A stretch of 64,000 nucleotides of DNA, taken from NCBI GenBank assembly GCA_900088475.1, contig FLMG01001670.1, forward strand, positions 1-64,000, written 5' to 3'. Origin of the DNA: Hyphochytrium catenoides. Taxonomy: Eukaryota > Protista > Hyphochytriomycota. Below the pieces are notes generated by a model that was given only the letters and a program-made list of their open reading frames with translations, was not told the origin of the DNA and did not search any database. The translations under genes and the position numbers were made by a program. This document shows, one piece after another, positions 62,031-64,000 of this stretch (the stretch's first letter is position 1; every line of letters starts with the position of its first letter).

Positions 62031-64000
62031 TTGCTTGTGGCTCCGCTGCGAGGTCGCTGTTCTGGCGGCCTGTTCTCAGCATCCCTCAAATACTTGTACA
62101 GGATAATATTCCTGTTCTCTTCTGCCACATCCTTTGGAGTCTTTCCTCTATTGTCCTGTTGCCTAAGATTTGCTCCATACTCGAGCAATACGTCTACGAT
62201 CTGTTGGAGGTTGAGACGGGCTGGAAAGGATCCGAAAACGGAAGTTAGACAACGTACAGAAAGAAGATCAAGACACACGAGGCGTGGGATGAGTCGCAAC
62301 GAGAATACCTAAGGGGATAAGTCTAAGAGGGTGAAGCGCCTTGGTAGCGCTTACGCAGGGTTTAATTGTCGAGTAGGGAGCCAAAGAAGAGACACAAAGG
62401 AGCTAGCGTGTTACAGATCTGTAGCCGTCTCAAGAGTCTGGATCCTTACCAGCTGCATGAAGAGGAGAGGTCCCAAAGTTATCCTGCACGTCCACGTTGG
62501 CCTGCTTCGCTACGAGGACCTTGACAGAGTTAGCAGCTTGGGCTTCCACAGCACTAAGGAGAGGAGTTTGCCCCATATGATTGCACTGCTCAATCGGAGC
62601 ATTTTCAATTTTCAACATCTCGGATAGCAGATCGTCATCTCCTCTTAGCGCTGCGTAGTGAAGGGCGGTATTCCCATTACCGGGGTCTACCTCACTTAGG
62701 AGAAGATCTGTCTTTTCCTAAGATTTAGGATGTGTTCAACATATGCATTAGAATAATGAAAGCGAAGCATTTGGATTATGAGAGCACGCTGAGAGAGGCA
62801 GGTAGTACGCGGAGGAGAGTTAATTAAGAGCGAGAGTTTGACTGAACATACAAGCAGAAGCAAGGCGACATCTGCCCAACCATCCATGACGCTGATTATC
62901 AAAACGTTTCTTCCTTTCTTGTCCCTTATCAACCTTGGGCTGCCGTAGCTGTCAAACGATATGAGTCAGGAAATAGGGTGAGCAGTCGTGTTATGGAAGA
63001 CAACCTCGCAGGCACCCAACCCTTCGTCACAGGTTCAAATACTCTTCACTCTTCCCTTTCCTTCATTCTTTCTTCAGTTTCTCCTTTCCTATCCCCTCTT
63101 GCCGTAGCATGTTCCTCCCCTGACATTATTTGAATCGTACTCGTGCAGCATGGTGCTGATCTTATCATATTCACCACATTGAACTGCCGCCAAAAAGTCT
63201 GCCTTTGAAGCTTCAGTGTGAGGGTACTTTCGGGCCTTTCCTTTGAAGATCTAAGGGCACGAGAGGGTGAGAGGAACATGGAAGATGGGAGACGCAGACA
63301 ACTTTGCTGCTCAAGAGAACAAAGAGAAAGGGGAAAGGCGGCAAACATTCTTGTACTCTGACCTGAGAGAGACCGAGTAGCGAAGGCACGAGAAGTATGT
63401 ATATAGAGCAAGCACGCTGAACCCAAGTCAAAGGAGGAATGAGAGCGTAAGCCAATAGACCTGCCAGGTCCTCCAGAGTCTGAAGATGATTGTCTCCCTC
63501 TTGAAGGGAGGTGGCTGAATGATCTCATTGACCAATAGTTGCCTGAAGGTAGAGCGATTGAGTCCGTGACGTAAGTATTTCTTCTCCCCGTCCTAGCATC
63601 AGTGAACCCTACCTAACATTTTGCTCGATCCCTTTGGCTGTCAGCTCTTCTAGACACGTCTGGCAAAGGAAATAAGTGAGCTCGTTGTGCAAGTAGGCAG
63701 CTAACTCCTTCTCGCAAAAGTGGCAGAGAGTTGGTGTCTCTTCATCTCGCTGCTCCGCCCATCGACGAGCTCTTCGTATGAGGAGATTGGTGTAGTACTC
63801 CCCCAAAGTATCTGTCACTATCCTTCTGTGCGCCTTCTTCGCTGCTCGAGCCTTTCTTTGAAATGCCCGTTTAAGTCTTAAGCGAGAAGGCAGAGTCGGG
63901 CAGAAGACGTTGCATAAGAAAGACTCTTTTTCTTTAGATGGAGGCAAACCATTGACGTACCTTCCATCCTTTACCACATTAATAGGGTTTTGCCCGTTGT
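62015..64000 (-). CDS. Ankyrin-repeat protein with upstream Cys/His motif; 5' end outside the window
   Basis: Ankyrin repeats GRNVLIISV, GNTALHYAALRG, GQTPLLSAV, GTSPLHAAARLN and GKTPKDVA. Upstream CHFCEKELAAYLHNELTYFLCQTC is B-box-like. Confidence 0.88.

Overview
Gene-dense eukaryotic nuclear DNA, most likely from a stramenopile protist. This is inferred from a gene carrying two copies of the RRGRWTxEEEAYA...LRKFL...CxPMRxSKKF domain known from diatoms, oomycetes and brown algae. The code is standard, introns are short GT-AG, and (AG/CT)n microsatellites are abundant. Manual exon stitching supports about 17 protein genes, in order: J-domain protein; stramenopile Myb-like factor; HAT/DGCR6-like/RGG protein; SR-type RRM protein; (6-4) photolyase/animal-like cryptochrome; NDUFV2; QCR6; NDUFAF4-like protein; pseudo-receiver/zinc-finger/Nudix protein; alpha/beta hydrolase; LicD-family protein; CH-domain TBC Rab-GAP; DIM1; TMEM145/GPR180-family protein; ABCC-family protein; EF-hand CorA channel; and a 5'-truncated ankyrin protein. 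Two gene-poor stretches hold decayed transposon remains (Ty1/copia, probably MULE). Best candidate for a new system: an ABCC protein with open NBD exons whose two nucleotide-binding domains have both lost the catalytic motifs, lying head-to-head with an EF-hand-fused CorA Mg2+ channel. Other highlights are a three-gene respiratory-chain cluster, a DGCR6-like domain fused to RNA-processing modules, and a pseudo-receiver/Zn-finger/Nudix fusion. Gene models were built by eye, family assignments come from remembered consensus motifs (no searches were run), and six N-gaps limit certainty locally.
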